Part shown: positions 37,777-46,510 of the stretch, piece by piece
Position numbering within the stretch: the stretch's first letter is position 1
How the letters are laid out: every line of letters starts with the position of its first letter
Source: a virus
DNA: 64,000 nt
Virus record (IMG/VR): IMGVR_UViG_3300048854_000126
Location: 32,001-96,000 of that record
Direction: 5' to 3' (one strand)
Program-made: the position numbers and the translations under genes
The notes under the pieces: generated by a model
Databases searched by the model: none
Told to the model about the DNA's origin: nothing
The model's input: only the letters and a program-made list of their open reading frames with translations

Positions 37777-38184
37777 TCAGTGCTCGGGACTGCACGCCTG
37801 TGGGTCATTAATCGCGCCGAGAACCTCATCTGCGCGCTTATGCCATCCAGAATTATCGTGATAGGTGAAGCTCTTGAGCGTCGCGCCGCTGTCGTCAGCG
37901 TTGATATCGACGACCATGTAAATCGTGTCGCGCGCCATCTCAAGCGCCGTGCGCGTGATGGTGATTCGCTTCGCCCCGGACGGATCGACCTTCACCGACT
38001 CAAACGCCCTGCAGTTTGCCTCATAGTCGAAGATCGCCTGCCGAATCTCCGGCACCGACTTGTCGAGGTGGACCGTCTTGTAGGCGTATTCCGGTTTGCG
38101 CAGATCGGACGCCGTGATCGTCGGATAGCTCAGGCACCCAGACAGCGCGAGCGCGCCGCCCGCGGCAAGCATCATTCTTTTCAT
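37777..38184 (-). CDS. Lipoprotein
   Basis: MKRMMLAAGGALALSGC lipobox. Confidence 0.75.
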   Translation of the reverse strand: MKRMMLAAGGALALSGCLSYPTITASDLRKPEYAYKTVHLDKSVPEIRQAIFDYEANCRAFESVKVDPSGAKRITITRTALEMARDTIYMVVDINADDSGATLKSFTYHDNSGWHKRADEVLGAINDPQACSPEH

Positions 38185-38245
38185 TGATTCCCCGTATTTG
38201 TAAGCTATTGAAAGGAACGCTTTTTACCATGCGCTCCGTTTTTCG

Positions 38246-38722
38246 TCACCACGCACCCCAAGCCTCGTCTTCGAGGGGCGCCTCTTCAAACAGCCTGTCG
38301 ATCACCGCATCGAGCGCCTGGTCGGGTCGCTCGATAGCCTCCGCGGCTGGCTCGGCCGCCAGCGGCAATAAGGGAACCAGCCTTTCGGGCTCTTCTTCAC
38401 TCGTGAACACCGGCGGTGGCGGTGCCGCGATGCCTTTCGCGGCCGCTGCCCGGCACTCGAGCTCGTGGCGTATCGAGTCGAGTTCATCCATGTTCATGTC
38501 GTTCGCGACAACCTTGTAACTTCTGAGAGCCTCTTTCGGATCGGTCGCCGCGCGCCACCACTGCATGATCCGCGGTGTGCGCCTGGGCTGGTAGTTGATC
38601 CGGCGCATCAGCTCGGCGACGCCGTTGATCGCGCCGCCCTTGCCCTCACATTCGATGTCGCCGGCGAGATCCGGGTGCTCGCGCTTCGCATACTCCATCA
38701 GGGACTTGAACGCGCTGCTCAT
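38246..38722 (-). CDS. Hypothetical protein ending in WGAW
   Basis: Coupled to upstream RHH gene. Confidence 0.65.
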   Translation of the reverse strand: MSSAFKSLMEYAKREHPDLAGDIECEGKGGAINGVAELMRRINYQPRRTPRIMQWWRAATDPKEALRSYKVVANDMNMDELDSIRHELECRAAAAKGIAAPPPPVFTSEEEPERLVPLLPLAAEPAAEAIERPDQALDAVIDRLFEEAPLEDEAWGAW

Positions 38723-39012
38723 GGCGCCCCCGGCTCGTCCTTTCGAAGCCGCGCGATGAGCTCGTCCTGCTGGAGCGGCGTCAGGTTACTCATGCGTTCG
38801 ATTGCCTCGCGGCGTGCCGTCAGACGGGCGCCTTTCGCGTCCGCGAGCATCTTCTTACCTTCCTCCAGGATCGGCAGCGCCGCGGCGTCGGTGATCGCTA
38901 CCAGAAGTGCTTCGACGACTGCGTTCTGCGACATGCCCAAACGCTCACTCAGCGCTTCGAGGCGCGCTCGAGCACGATCCTCGAGCGCGAAACCCAGTCT
39001 TACCCTTGCCAT
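38719..39012 (-). CDS. Ribbon-helix-helix (CopG-like) DNA-binding protein
   Basis: MARVRLGFALEDRARARLEALSERLGMSQNAVVEALL strand-helix-helix pattern. Confidence 0.6.
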   Translation of the reverse strand: MARVRLGFALEDRARARLEALSERLGMSQNAVVEALLVAITDAAALPILEEGKKMLADAKGARLTARREAIERMSNLTPLQQDELIARLRKDEPGAP

Positions 39013-39100
39013 GTTATGCGACCCTTTTGTTATGTCATATTTATCATTATAGGGACGCACGGACCTGACGTAACGATTTTCACTCCCTGGGAACGACTGC

Positions 39101-39703
39101 CTAGGAAATTCCCGTCCTAAACCGAGGCAGGAACCCGTCCAACATCTGGCTGATCTCGGCCCCGCTACCAATGAAAGAGATAGGGCCGTCAAAATCGATT
39201 GCGTTTTGCTGCATGCCGACCGGCTTTTCCTTGGGGTCTAGCACCATCGTCAGGCCCCCAACATGATGGATTGCTGCGAGTCCGCGCGAGCCATCGTCAA
39301 GCGATCCCGATAAGACGATCCCGACCGATCGCTTTCCGATGTTTTCCGCAATCGATTCGAACAGGGCATCGACCGTGCGATTTCTTAGGCGGTTGTTCGA
39401 CCCGTCGATCAAGAACGCGGACCCGTCATCCAAGAGCGTCAGCGGGCGGTCAGGCAAACCGATATAACAAATTCCCGGCGTCAGCACTTGCCCGTCCCGA
39501 GCGATGTTCACTTGAACCGCAGGACAGTGGGTCGCAAGGACTTCTCTCAAGTTGGTCGGCGCCTCACTTGCCCGATGCAGCACAACCAACAATACGGCAT
39601 AAGCGGCATTGGGCCATCTGTTGAGCAGTTCAATAATGTCCGAAAGCCCCTCACTTCCGGAAGCGCCAATTGCAACGCAAAAGGGGTGATTCTCTTGATT
39701 CAT
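39101..39703 (-). CDS. Stand-alone CheB-type methylesterase domain
   Basis: VAIGASG, VVLH, VDALFESIAE, GIVLSGSLDDGSRGL (Ser-His-Asp triad). Confidence 0.8.
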   Translation of the reverse strand: MNQENHPFCVAIGASGSEGLSDIIELLNRWPNAAYAVLLVVLHRASEAPTNLREVLATHCPAVQVNIARDGQVLTPGICYIGLPDRPLTLLDDGSAFLIDGSNNRLRNRTVDALFESIAENIGKRSVGIVLSGSLDDGSRGLAAIHHVGGLTMVLDPKEKPVGMQQNAIDFDGPISFIGSGAEISQMLDGFLPRFRTGIS

Positions 39704-40398
39704 GGTTTCACCTGTGGGCTTTGTTCAAGTTCACCGATTGGGTCATTGAACGACGGATCGTTGTTGGTCGCCTTGTTGACTTCCCTGCTCACCGGGAACC
39801 AACGGAACGCCTCGACCGGCGTGCCGAGGTCGGTGGCCAGGTGCAGCGCATCCTCGAACGTCGTGCTCGGCTCGAGCCACTGGCGCGCGTCCTGCGCGGA
39901 CAGGACCAGCGGGCGCCGGTCGTGAACGTCGAGCATGCCGGCCTCTGCCGCGTCGGTGACGATGACAAAGCCGTCGCCTTCCTGCGGGGTCGGCGAGCCC
40001 GGGCGCACGCTGCTGAGGCCCGCGAAGTAGAGCGGCTCGCCGTCGATCGGCACGATGAAGTAGGGTTGTTTGCCGGCCTCGGTTGCGATCCACTCATACC
40101 AGCCGTCCGCGGGCACGATCACGCGGCCCGTCTTCCAGAGCCCCTTCCAGGTCGATGAGCTCGCCTTGTCGATCCGAGCATTTATCATCAGCGGGATTTT
40201 GCGCGCCACCGCCCAGGCGGGCCGATGGCCCCACTTTTCGAGATGCACGCCCTCCGCTCGGAGCACCGGCTGCAGCTGGCTGGGCGCGACGTTCCAGCTC
40301 GGCCGGAAGGGGTCGCCCGCCTCCGGATAGATCGCATCAGGGAAGAGGGGCACCACGTAGTCGAGGCCCTGCCTCGCGCGAGAGAAACGGCCACACAT
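39700..40398 (-). CDS. SRAP/YedK (HMCES-like) abasic-site-processing protein
   Basis: MCGRF N-terminus, WNVAP, INAR, ADGWYEW, VHDRRP. Confidence 0.92.
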   Translation of the reverse strand: MCGRFSRARQGLDYVVPLFPDAIYPEAGDPFRPSWNVAPSQLQPVLRAEGVHLEKWGHRPAWAVARKIPLMINARIDKASSSTWKGLWKTGRVIVPADGWYEWIATEAGKQPYFIVPIDGEPLYFAGLSSVRPGSPTPQEGDGFVIVTDAAEAGMLDVHDRRPLVLSAQDARQWLEPSTTFEDALHLATDLGTPVEAFRWFPVSREVNKATNNDPSFNDPIGELEQSPQVKP

Positions 40399-40443
40399 TC
40401 GACACCTCCGTCGTCGGTTTGACCTTATCTTAGCCGCCAATGC

Positions 40444-40470
40444 AAAACGCCCGGGGTCGCCGGGCGTTTT
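40444..40470. terminator. Intrinsic terminator, possibly bidirectional
   Basis: AAAACGCCCGG-GGTCG-CCGGGCGTTTT. Confidence 0.7.
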
Positions 40471-40508
40471 ACTGTCTCTGGGCTAGAAATCCCAGCCTTC
40501 GCTGCGCA

Positions 40509-40739
40509 TCACATGAATCCGACGCGTTGGCCACTGCCGCCGTCCGCGTCGTCGAGCTCGCGCTCGATTGCTCCGATGCGGGCGACTTGCTCTGGATCTT
40601 GCAACAGGGGCACTTCGGGAAGGAAGTTAAGCGCCAGGATAACCAGCGGGTTTTGGGTGAGAAACGCGACCAGCGCGATGATGCCTACTACTGCGGCGAT
40701 GTGAAACATATACAGCCACGGCAGGCGGGAAGGAAACAT
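40509..40739 (-). CDS. Small membrane protein
   Basis: AGGAG RBS, hydrophobic N-half. Confidence 0.6.
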   Translation of the reverse strand: MFPSRLPWLYMFHIAAVVGIIALVAFLTQNPLVILALNFLPEVPLLQDPEQVARIGAIERELDDADGGSGQRVGFM

Positions 40740-40799
40740 AGCTTCTCCTATAAAAAGTAAGCTGCAACTTACTTTATCAGGGCTATGACCTTGCGGCAA

Positions 40800-41078
40800 T
40801 TATTTGTCGTCATAGTGAAAGCGACACTGCGCGACTTCAACGTATCCATCCGGGCCGCCGCGGCCACAATAGACGAGTCTGTGCTCGCCGGAGATACGGC
40901 GCGACCACCAACCTCTCAAGTTGCCCCTCAACAGTTCTGGTTTCCCAGTTCCCTTGAAGGGATCACGCTGGCATTCCTTGAGCATAATCACGATCTTTTC
41001 GTGATTGCCGTCATTTTGCTCGAGCCAATACAGATATTGGTCCCACGCCTTCGGTGAAAACAGAATTCCTCGAGCCAT
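40800..41078 (-). CDS. yoeB: Txe/YoeB family toxin
   Basis: FSPKAWDQYLYW, PFKGTGKPELL, WSRRISGEHRLVY, CRFHY. Confidence 0.9.
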   Translation of the reverse strand: MARGILFSPKAWDQYLYWLEQNDGNHEKIVIMLKECQRDPFKGTGKPELLRGNLRGWWSRRISGEHRLVYCGRGGPDGYVEVAQCRFHYDDK

Positions 41079-41089
41079 TCGCTATTCTT

Positions 41090-41617
41090 TTAGATTTGGA
41101 CGCTTTGGATTACTTCTACGAGCGTGCGGGCCTGCTCCGCGGGCTCCCCTTTGACCGAAAGCGCAACCGCATCAAGTTCGGCCCAGGCGGACTCTTGACT
41201 AGTTGAGGGCACGTCTTTAAGTCCCGGGTTGAGCTTTTGCGAAGCGTCGTAAACCAACTGCTCGAAATCATCTTCCGACAGCTTTCCATTAGCCCGTGCC
41301 GCGTATGCCATCTCCAGGATCGTCGTGTAAATGCGTGTGACCTTCGGAGTTACGCCTCTATACACGTATTCCTGCTGCACGGACTCGTAACCTTCGGGCA
41401 TATCCATGTCCGCCCCACGAGCGGCTTTGTTCAGCCACTCGATGCTGTCGCGCAGATCGGTCGCATTCTCCTGCGTGCTCAAGAGGTGGGCCGTCTCGCG
41501 CATACCGGGGTAGTCTTCCAAGGGGATCATGACGAATTGACGCCCACCGCGTTCGATGATATCCACCGTTTCGTCTCCGATCTGCATCGGGACCGTCTCA
41601 AGAAAGGAAATAGCCAT
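41090..41617 (-). CDS. YefM/Phd-like antitoxin with about 100-aa C-terminal extension
   Basis: VMIPLEDYPGMRETAHLLSTQENATDLRDSIE resembles YefM; directly upstream of yoeB. Confidence 0.7.
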   Translation of the reverse strand: MAISFLETVPMQIGDETVDIIERGGRQFVMIPLEDYPGMRETAHLLSTQENATDLRDSIEWLNKAARGADMDMPEGYESVQQEYVYRGVTPKVTRIYTTILEMAYAARANGKLSEDDFEQLVYDASQKLNPGLKDVPSTSQESAWAELDAVALSVKGEPAEQARTLVEVIQSVQI

Positions 41618-41641
41618 GTTTATCTCTCCAATCGCCTGATT

Positions 41642-43372
41642 TTACGCGGCTTTCTTGAAAATTGAATAGTCGAAGTCGGCGACGATATTTTCAGCGAATC
41701 CGGGGGTGCCGCGCACGATCGCCAAGCGTTCGTTCTGATGGTCGCGCAAAGTGGTGTTCGCCGCTTCGATGAAATCGACCACAAACGCGACATTTGGCCC
41801 GAATTTCTTCGCCCGCAATCCCCGTCCAACACGCTGACGGGTCGCAACCTCCGCTTTGCCGCCGCCAGCGAGCACGATAAGCCCGACCGCCGGCACGTCC
41901 ACGCCCACATCAAGGATGGTCGAGCCGATGAGCGCATCGATATCACCCCGGCCCAGCGCCTCGAGTGCGGCCTTACGCTCGTCCTGCTCGTGCTCCCCGA
42001 AGATGAACCGGCACCGCACGCCCGCAGCTTTGAGCATGTCCTCGAGCTTCTTGCCGTGGTCCTTGCGACCCACCAGGATCATCGCGGGCAGGCCGTAGTG
42101 CTTCGCGCGTGTGACCTCGTAGACGATCGCGCGATTGCGTTCCTCGTTGTGCACGATGCCTACCTCGAGGCATTTGGGCCACGGGGTCGAGCGGAAGAGC
42201 TTGTGCGTGACCACCTTTGGCACATCCCGCACCATTACCGTCTCCTGATAGGACGGTGATGGCTCGCGCAGCTGGACGTATTTGAAGTAGGGCGTGGCCA
42301 GCACGCCGAGATCGATTAGTTGCTTTTCCGTCACAGTGATCGCAACCGGACCACTGCACGCCTCGAGGCGCATGTTCGCCTCTTGGCTGTCTTTCATGAA
42401 CGGGGTCGCGGTAAGCGCGAGGCGGTAATGCGCGCTCGTGCAATGGCGCATGACTTCGTAGAAGCCCGTGCCCGATGCCTCATGCGCTTCTTCGAGGATC
42501 ACGAACTCGATCGTCGCGAGAAACCGGATCATTTCGTCGCGCTTCATGTTGTGCTCACGCACTTTCGCCTGGATCTCCGCGACAACCCGCGCATCGGCCG
42601 GACGCGCTGCTTCCAGCTTTTTGCGCAGCGCCGTCGTCGCGTCCGCGATCTGGTCGGTCGGCAGTTTCTTTTTCTTGAGCGACGTCTGGAGCTTCATCAC
42701 CTCGCGGTCTTCGGCGGCGTCGCGGTTCTTGATGTAGGCGAGCATTTCGCCGTCGTCTGCCCAGAGCTCAATCGCCTGACTGATGGTCTGCACCATGCCG
42801 AGCGTGAACTTGCACGAAAAGTCGCGCTTGCTGTCGCCCACGACGCCCACACGCTCGCCGAGATTGTCTTCGACGGCTTCGCCCATCTGATACATCAGGA
42901 TGCCCCGTGTGGTCAGAAAGAGCGTCGGGCGGTTGATGCGCTTGTAGCAGATGCGCGCGATGCGGGACTTGCCGCCGCCGGTCGCCACGCGGGCAATGAT
43001 CTGGCGGTGCTTTATCAGCTTGTCAGCGACTTCGGGCTGATACGCGTAGCGCGGGTCGTAGCCGAAGCTGTCAACGACCGGCCGCGCGTCGCCGAGCGGT
43101 TCGGGCGCGGGCTTGCGCACCAGATTCACGCGGTAGCCCGCCTTGAGCAGCGTTGAGTAGACCTTATAGACGAATCCGGCCGGAAACATGTCGGTCGCGA
43201 AGTCGTAGAAGCTCGAGGAGCCGTCCCACGACGTGCCCTTGAACGCCTGGGAGTAGCTCGCGCCATCGACCATGTAGGAGAGCTTTTCGCGCACGAGCAG
43301 CTTTGCCTCGCGCGACGCGCCGATCAGTTTTGCGTTCACCGCGCCTGCGGCGAGGGTCAGTGTCGTTGCCAT
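41642..43372 (-). CDS. Superfamily 2 helicase (DExH-type)
   Basis: ATGGGKS, EEAH, LTATP, DVGVDVP, QRVGRGLR. Confidence 0.9.
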   Translation of the reverse strand: MATTLTLAAGAVNAKLIGASREAKLLVREKLSYMVDGASYSQAFKGTSWDGSSSFYDFATDMFPAGFVYKVYSTLLKAGYRVNLVRKPAPEPLGDARPVVDSFGYDPRYAYQPEVADKLIKHRQIIARVATGGGKSRIARICYKRINRPTLFLTTRGILMYQMGEAVEDNLGERVGVVGDSKRDFSCKFTLGMVQTISQAIELWADDGEMLAYIKNRDAAEDREVMKLQTSLKKKKLPTDQIADATTALRKKLEAARPADARVVAEIQAKVREHNMKRDEMIRFLATIEFVILEEAHEASGTGFYEVMRHCTSAHYRLALTATPFMKDSQEANMRLEACSGPVAITVTEKQLIDLGVLATPYFKYVQLREPSPSYQETVMVRDVPKVVTHKLFRSTPWPKCLEVGIVHNEERNRAIVYEVTRAKHYGLPAMILVGRKDHGKKLEDMLKAAGVRCRFIFGEHEQDERKAALEALGRGDIDALIGSTILDVGVDVPAVGLIVLAGGGKAEVATRQRVGRGLRAKKFGPNVAFVVDFIEAANTTLRDHQNERLAIVRGTPGFAENIVADFDYSIFKKAA

Positions 43373-43433
43373 TTCTTGCCTTATAGGAAGCCCGCTTGTA
43401 TAGTAAGCGGTGACTTATTTATGTGAGCGCATT

Positions 43434-44096
43434 ATGGCACTTTCGCCAACCTCGATCCACCCCGAACAGAGCACGGTTCAGATAGACAGTCTGCGACCGA
43501 ATCCCTGGAACACCAACCAGATGACGATCGAAAACGAGGCGAAGCTCGATGAGAGCATCAAACGTTTCGGCGTCTACAAACCGGTGGTCGTGCGCCCGAG
43601 CCCGGACGGCGACGGCTTCGAGATCCTGGGCGGTCAACACCGCTGGGAATCGGCCCAACGTCTCGGCTACACCGAGATTCCCATCGTCAACGTCGGACCG
43701 GTCAGCGACACGATCGCGAAAGAGATTGGCCTCGTTGATAACGGCCGCTACGGCGAAGACGACACCCTCGCGCTGTCGCGCTTGCTCAAAGAGCTCGGCG
43801 CTGAAGACGTCGGCGCATTCCTGCCCTACACGGACAGTGAGCTCGAAACGATTCTCGCAGCGTCAAGTATAGACATCGACGACCTGGACAAACTCGATGA
43901 CATGGAGATGCCTGATCTCTCCGGCGCGGGTGTTGGCGCCACGCATCAGGTGATGCGTTTCAAGGTGCCAGTCGATGACGTTGCGTGGGTCACCTCCGCG
44001 ATCGAGCGCCGCCAGCGCGAACAAGGCTTTACCTCCGAAGACTCCATGACGAACGCGGGTAACGCCTTCGTCGATCTCATGAAGGCATACAAATGA
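43434..44096 (+). CDS. ParB/Srx N-terminal domain protein
   Basis: PNPWNTN, SIKRFG, PVVVR, ILGGQHRW. Confidence 0.85.
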   Translation: MALSPTSIHPEQSTVQIDSLRPNPWNTNQMTIENEAKLDESIKRFGVYKPVVVRPSPDGDGFEILGGQHRWESAQRLGYTEIPIVNVGPVSDTIAKEIGLVDNGRYGEDDTLALSRLLKELGAEDVGAFLPYTDSELETILAASSIDIDDLDKLDDMEMPDLSGAGVGATHQVMRFKVPVDDVAWVTSAIERRQREQGFTSEDSMTNAGNAFVDLMKAYK

Positions 44097-44584
44097 AAAG
44101 CTACATCGGAACAAAAGTCATTAACGCCAAGCCGATGACGCGTGGCGAATACAACATTCTGCGCGGCTGGGACTTGCCAGCGGGCGAGAACGGCGCCGAC
44201 GAAGGCTACCTGGTCGAATACCTGGATGGCGGCAAGGTGAACGTTCCCGGATTCGCCAACTACGTGAGCTGGTCGCCGAAGGACGTGTTCGAGCGGTCCT
44301 ACATTGAGCACCCAACTTCAGGTTTTAGCTTCGGCTACGCCATCACGCTGATGAAAGCCGGGCTAAAAGTGGCGCGCGTTGGCTGGAATGGCAAGGGCAT
44401 GTTCGTCTATTACGTTCCCCCGGCGTCCTATCCGGTTCAGACAGGGGCCGCAAAGTCACACTTCGGCGATGGATCGCTGATTCCCTACAACGCCTATATG
44501 GCGATCAAGAACGTCGACGAGACGGTGAGCACCTGGGTTCCGAGTGCGAACGACTGCCTGGCTGTCGATTGGATGGTGGTATGA
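44093..44584 (+). CDS. Two-domain protein with C-terminal DUF2829/Tad2-like domain
   Basis: FGYAITLMKAGLKVARVGWNGKGMF ... WVPSANDCLAVDW; separate N-domain YIGTK ... YVSWSPKDVFERSY. Confidence 0.75.
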   Translation: MKSYIGTKVINAKPMTRGEYNILRGWDLPAGENGADEGYLVEYLDGGKVNVPGFANYVSWSPKDVFERSYIEHPTSGFSFGYAITLMKAGLKVARVGWNGKGMFVYYVPPASYPVQTGAAKSHFGDGSLIPYNAYMAIKNVDETVSTWVPSANDCLAVDWMVV

Positions 44585-44823
44585 GCAAGCCGACTGGTTT
44601 CGCCCGCATCCCGCGTGCTGAGTTCCTCTACCCGGAATGCCAGCACTGCTATTTCCACAATCGTGAGCCTGCAATCTGCGAAGGCTGCGAGAACGGCGAC
44701 GAGTATGAGCCGGCCGACGACCTGGATGACAAGCTCTCCGAGCGAAAGGCCGCGATCGTGCGGTTCTTCCGGGTCAATAGTCCGGTGGTCCAGCTCGAAG
44801 ACGAGCATCTGGAGGCCGCATGA
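44581..44823 (+). CDS. Small zinc-finger protein
   Basis: CQHC ... CEGC. Confidence 0.6.
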   Translation: MSKPTGFARIPRAEFLYPECQHCYFHNREPAICEGCENGDEYEPADDLDDKLSERKAAIVRFFRVNSPVVQLEDEHLEAA

Positions 44824-45464
44824 TTACCCGCAAAGAGACGATGTGGGCCGTTGACAAGCTCATTCCCTACGCGAAGAACGTCAAGAAGCATGACGCCGCG
44901 CAGGTGAACAAGATCGTTGAGTCGATCCAGCAGTTCAAGTGGACCCAGCCAGTGCTACTCGAGCCCGATGGCACGATCATCGCCGGCCACGGCCGCCGGC
45001 TCGCTGCCATTCAGCTCGGGCTGAAGGAAGTGCCGGCGGTCGTGATTTCGGGCCTCACTCCCGAGCAGGCCCGGGCGCTCCGGCTGGCCGACAACCGCAC
45101 GAACGAGGGCGGCATCGACACGCTCCTGTTCCGCGACGAGATTGAGGGCCTGGAAGGGCTGCTTACCGGCATTTTCGACGTGAAGGAGCTGGAGTTCTCC
45201 GCCGCGGATCTCGGCGAGCTCAACGACGCGGCATTCGTGCCCGATGTTGCCGAAGCGGTCGAGTTCCAAGAGCAGGTGGCGCACGCGAAAGCCGACGAAG
45301 TGAGCGCGCGCCGTGTGCCGCTCTCGAAGGTGTTCGGGTTCAAGGACGTGCCGGGCTCGGGCGAACTGGTCATCAACCGCTTCCTCGCGAAATCCCAAGC
45401 GGTGACGGGCCTGCAGGGTGCCGACGCAATGATTGCATTTCTTGAAATAGTAACAGGTGACTAA
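44820..45464 (+). CDS. Second ParB N-terminal domain protein
   Basis: LIPYAKN, SIQQF, IIAGHGRRLAA, LRLADN. Confidence 0.85.
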   Translation: MITRKETMWAVDKLIPYAKNVKKHDAAQVNKIVESIQQFKWTQPVLLEPDGTIIAGHGRRLAAIQLGLKEVPAVVISGLTPEQARALRLADNRTNEGGIDTLLFRDEIEGLEGLLTGIFDVKELEFSAADLGELNDAAFVPDVAEAVEFQEQVAHAKADEVSARRVPLSKVFGFKDVPGSGELVINRFLAKSQAVTGLQGADAMIAFLEIVTGD

Positions 45465-46181
45465 TTGAGCCATTACACGATCGACAAGCGTTTCCATACC
45501 CGTGTGGCACGCAGCCAGCGCGTGGTGGAGGTCGCTGAAGCGTTCGGCCTCGGGCTGGACGATAAGGAATTCGTGATCTTCGACAAGCTGGATCTCGAAG
45601 TGAATCAGGGCGACGTCCTCTACATCACCGGGCAGTCGGGTTCCGGCAAGTCGCTGCTGCTGCGCGAGCTGGCGCACCAGATGGCCGCGGAAGGGCAGAA
45701 GGTCGCGAACCTGGACGAAGTGGCGCTCGACCCGGATCTGCCGCTCATCGACCAGATCGGCACGTCCACCAACGATGCGATCCGGCTGCTGTCGATCGCG
45801 GGCCTGAACGACGCCTACCTCTTCATTCGCAAGCCCGGCGAGCTCTCTGACGGCCAGCGCTACCGCTTCAAGCTCGCCAAGGCCATCGAGAGCCAGGCCG
45901 ACGTCTGGGTCGCCGACGAGTTCATGGCGGTGCTCGATCGCACGGCCGCCAAGGTGATCGCGTTCGCGCTGCAAAAGACCGCGCGCAAGGTCAACGCGAC
46001 GGTGATCGTTGCGACGACCCACCTCGACCTCGTGGAAGACCTGCAGCCGTCCCTCTACATCGAGAAGCGCTACCGGGAGAAGCTGCGCGTCGAAGCGCTC
46101 ACAGCGCTTTCTGACGCGTCTGAGGGGCATCGCGCGATGACGCGTGACGAAGCATTCGAACTTTTGAAAAGGATGGCGTGA
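45465..46181 (+). CDS. Soluble ABC-type ATPase
   Basis: GQSGSGKS, LSDGQ signature, ADEF, ATTH; no adjacent permease. Confidence 0.85.
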   Translation: MSHYTIDKRFHTRVARSQRVVEVAEAFGLGLDDKEFVIFDKLDLEVNQGDVLYITGQSGSGKSLLLRELAHQMAAEGQKVANLDEVALDPDLPLIDQIGTSTNDAIRLLSIAGLNDAYLFIRKPGELSDGQRYRFKLAKAIESQADVWVADEFMAVLDRTAAKVIAFALQKTARKVNATVIVATTHLDLVEDLQPSLYIEKRYREKLRVEALTALSDASEGHRAMTRDEAFELLKRMA

Positions 46182-46510
46182 TGAACAAGCAATACGACGC
46201 CGCGGTCGCGGCTTCCACGACCCGACCACAGGTCGTTTATTTCAGCGCGGTCTGGTGCGGCCCCTGCAAGATGCTCAAGCCCGCAATGCACGCGCTCAAG
46301 GCTGACTACGGCTTCGATTACGTCGAGCTGGACGTCGCAGATTTCACGCCCGCGGAGCTGCAAACGCTCGGCGTGCGGAACCTGCCGAACGTGCGCGTGC
46401 TGTCGAACACGGTGGTCAAAAGCCAGTTCGTCGGCGCGCGCACCAAGGGCCAGGTCAAGGACTGGCTCACCGCGAACATGGTCATTGCTGACGGGCTAGA
46501 CTTCGAATGA
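46181..46510 (+). CDS. Thioredoxin
   Basis: WCGPC active site. Confidence 0.9.
   Translation: MNKQYDAAVAASTTRPQVVYFSAVWCGPCKMLKPAMHALKADYGFDYVELDVADFTPAELQTLGVRNLPNVRVLSNTVVKSQFVGARTKGQVKDWLTANMVIADGLDFE

Noticed and set aside
43434-45464. Plasmid partition system
   Set aside because: Both proteins appear to be ParB-N only with no obvious HTH, and no ParA is adjacent
45465-46181. ABC transporter
   Set aside because: No membrane permease or binding protein nearby; treated as a soluble ATPase
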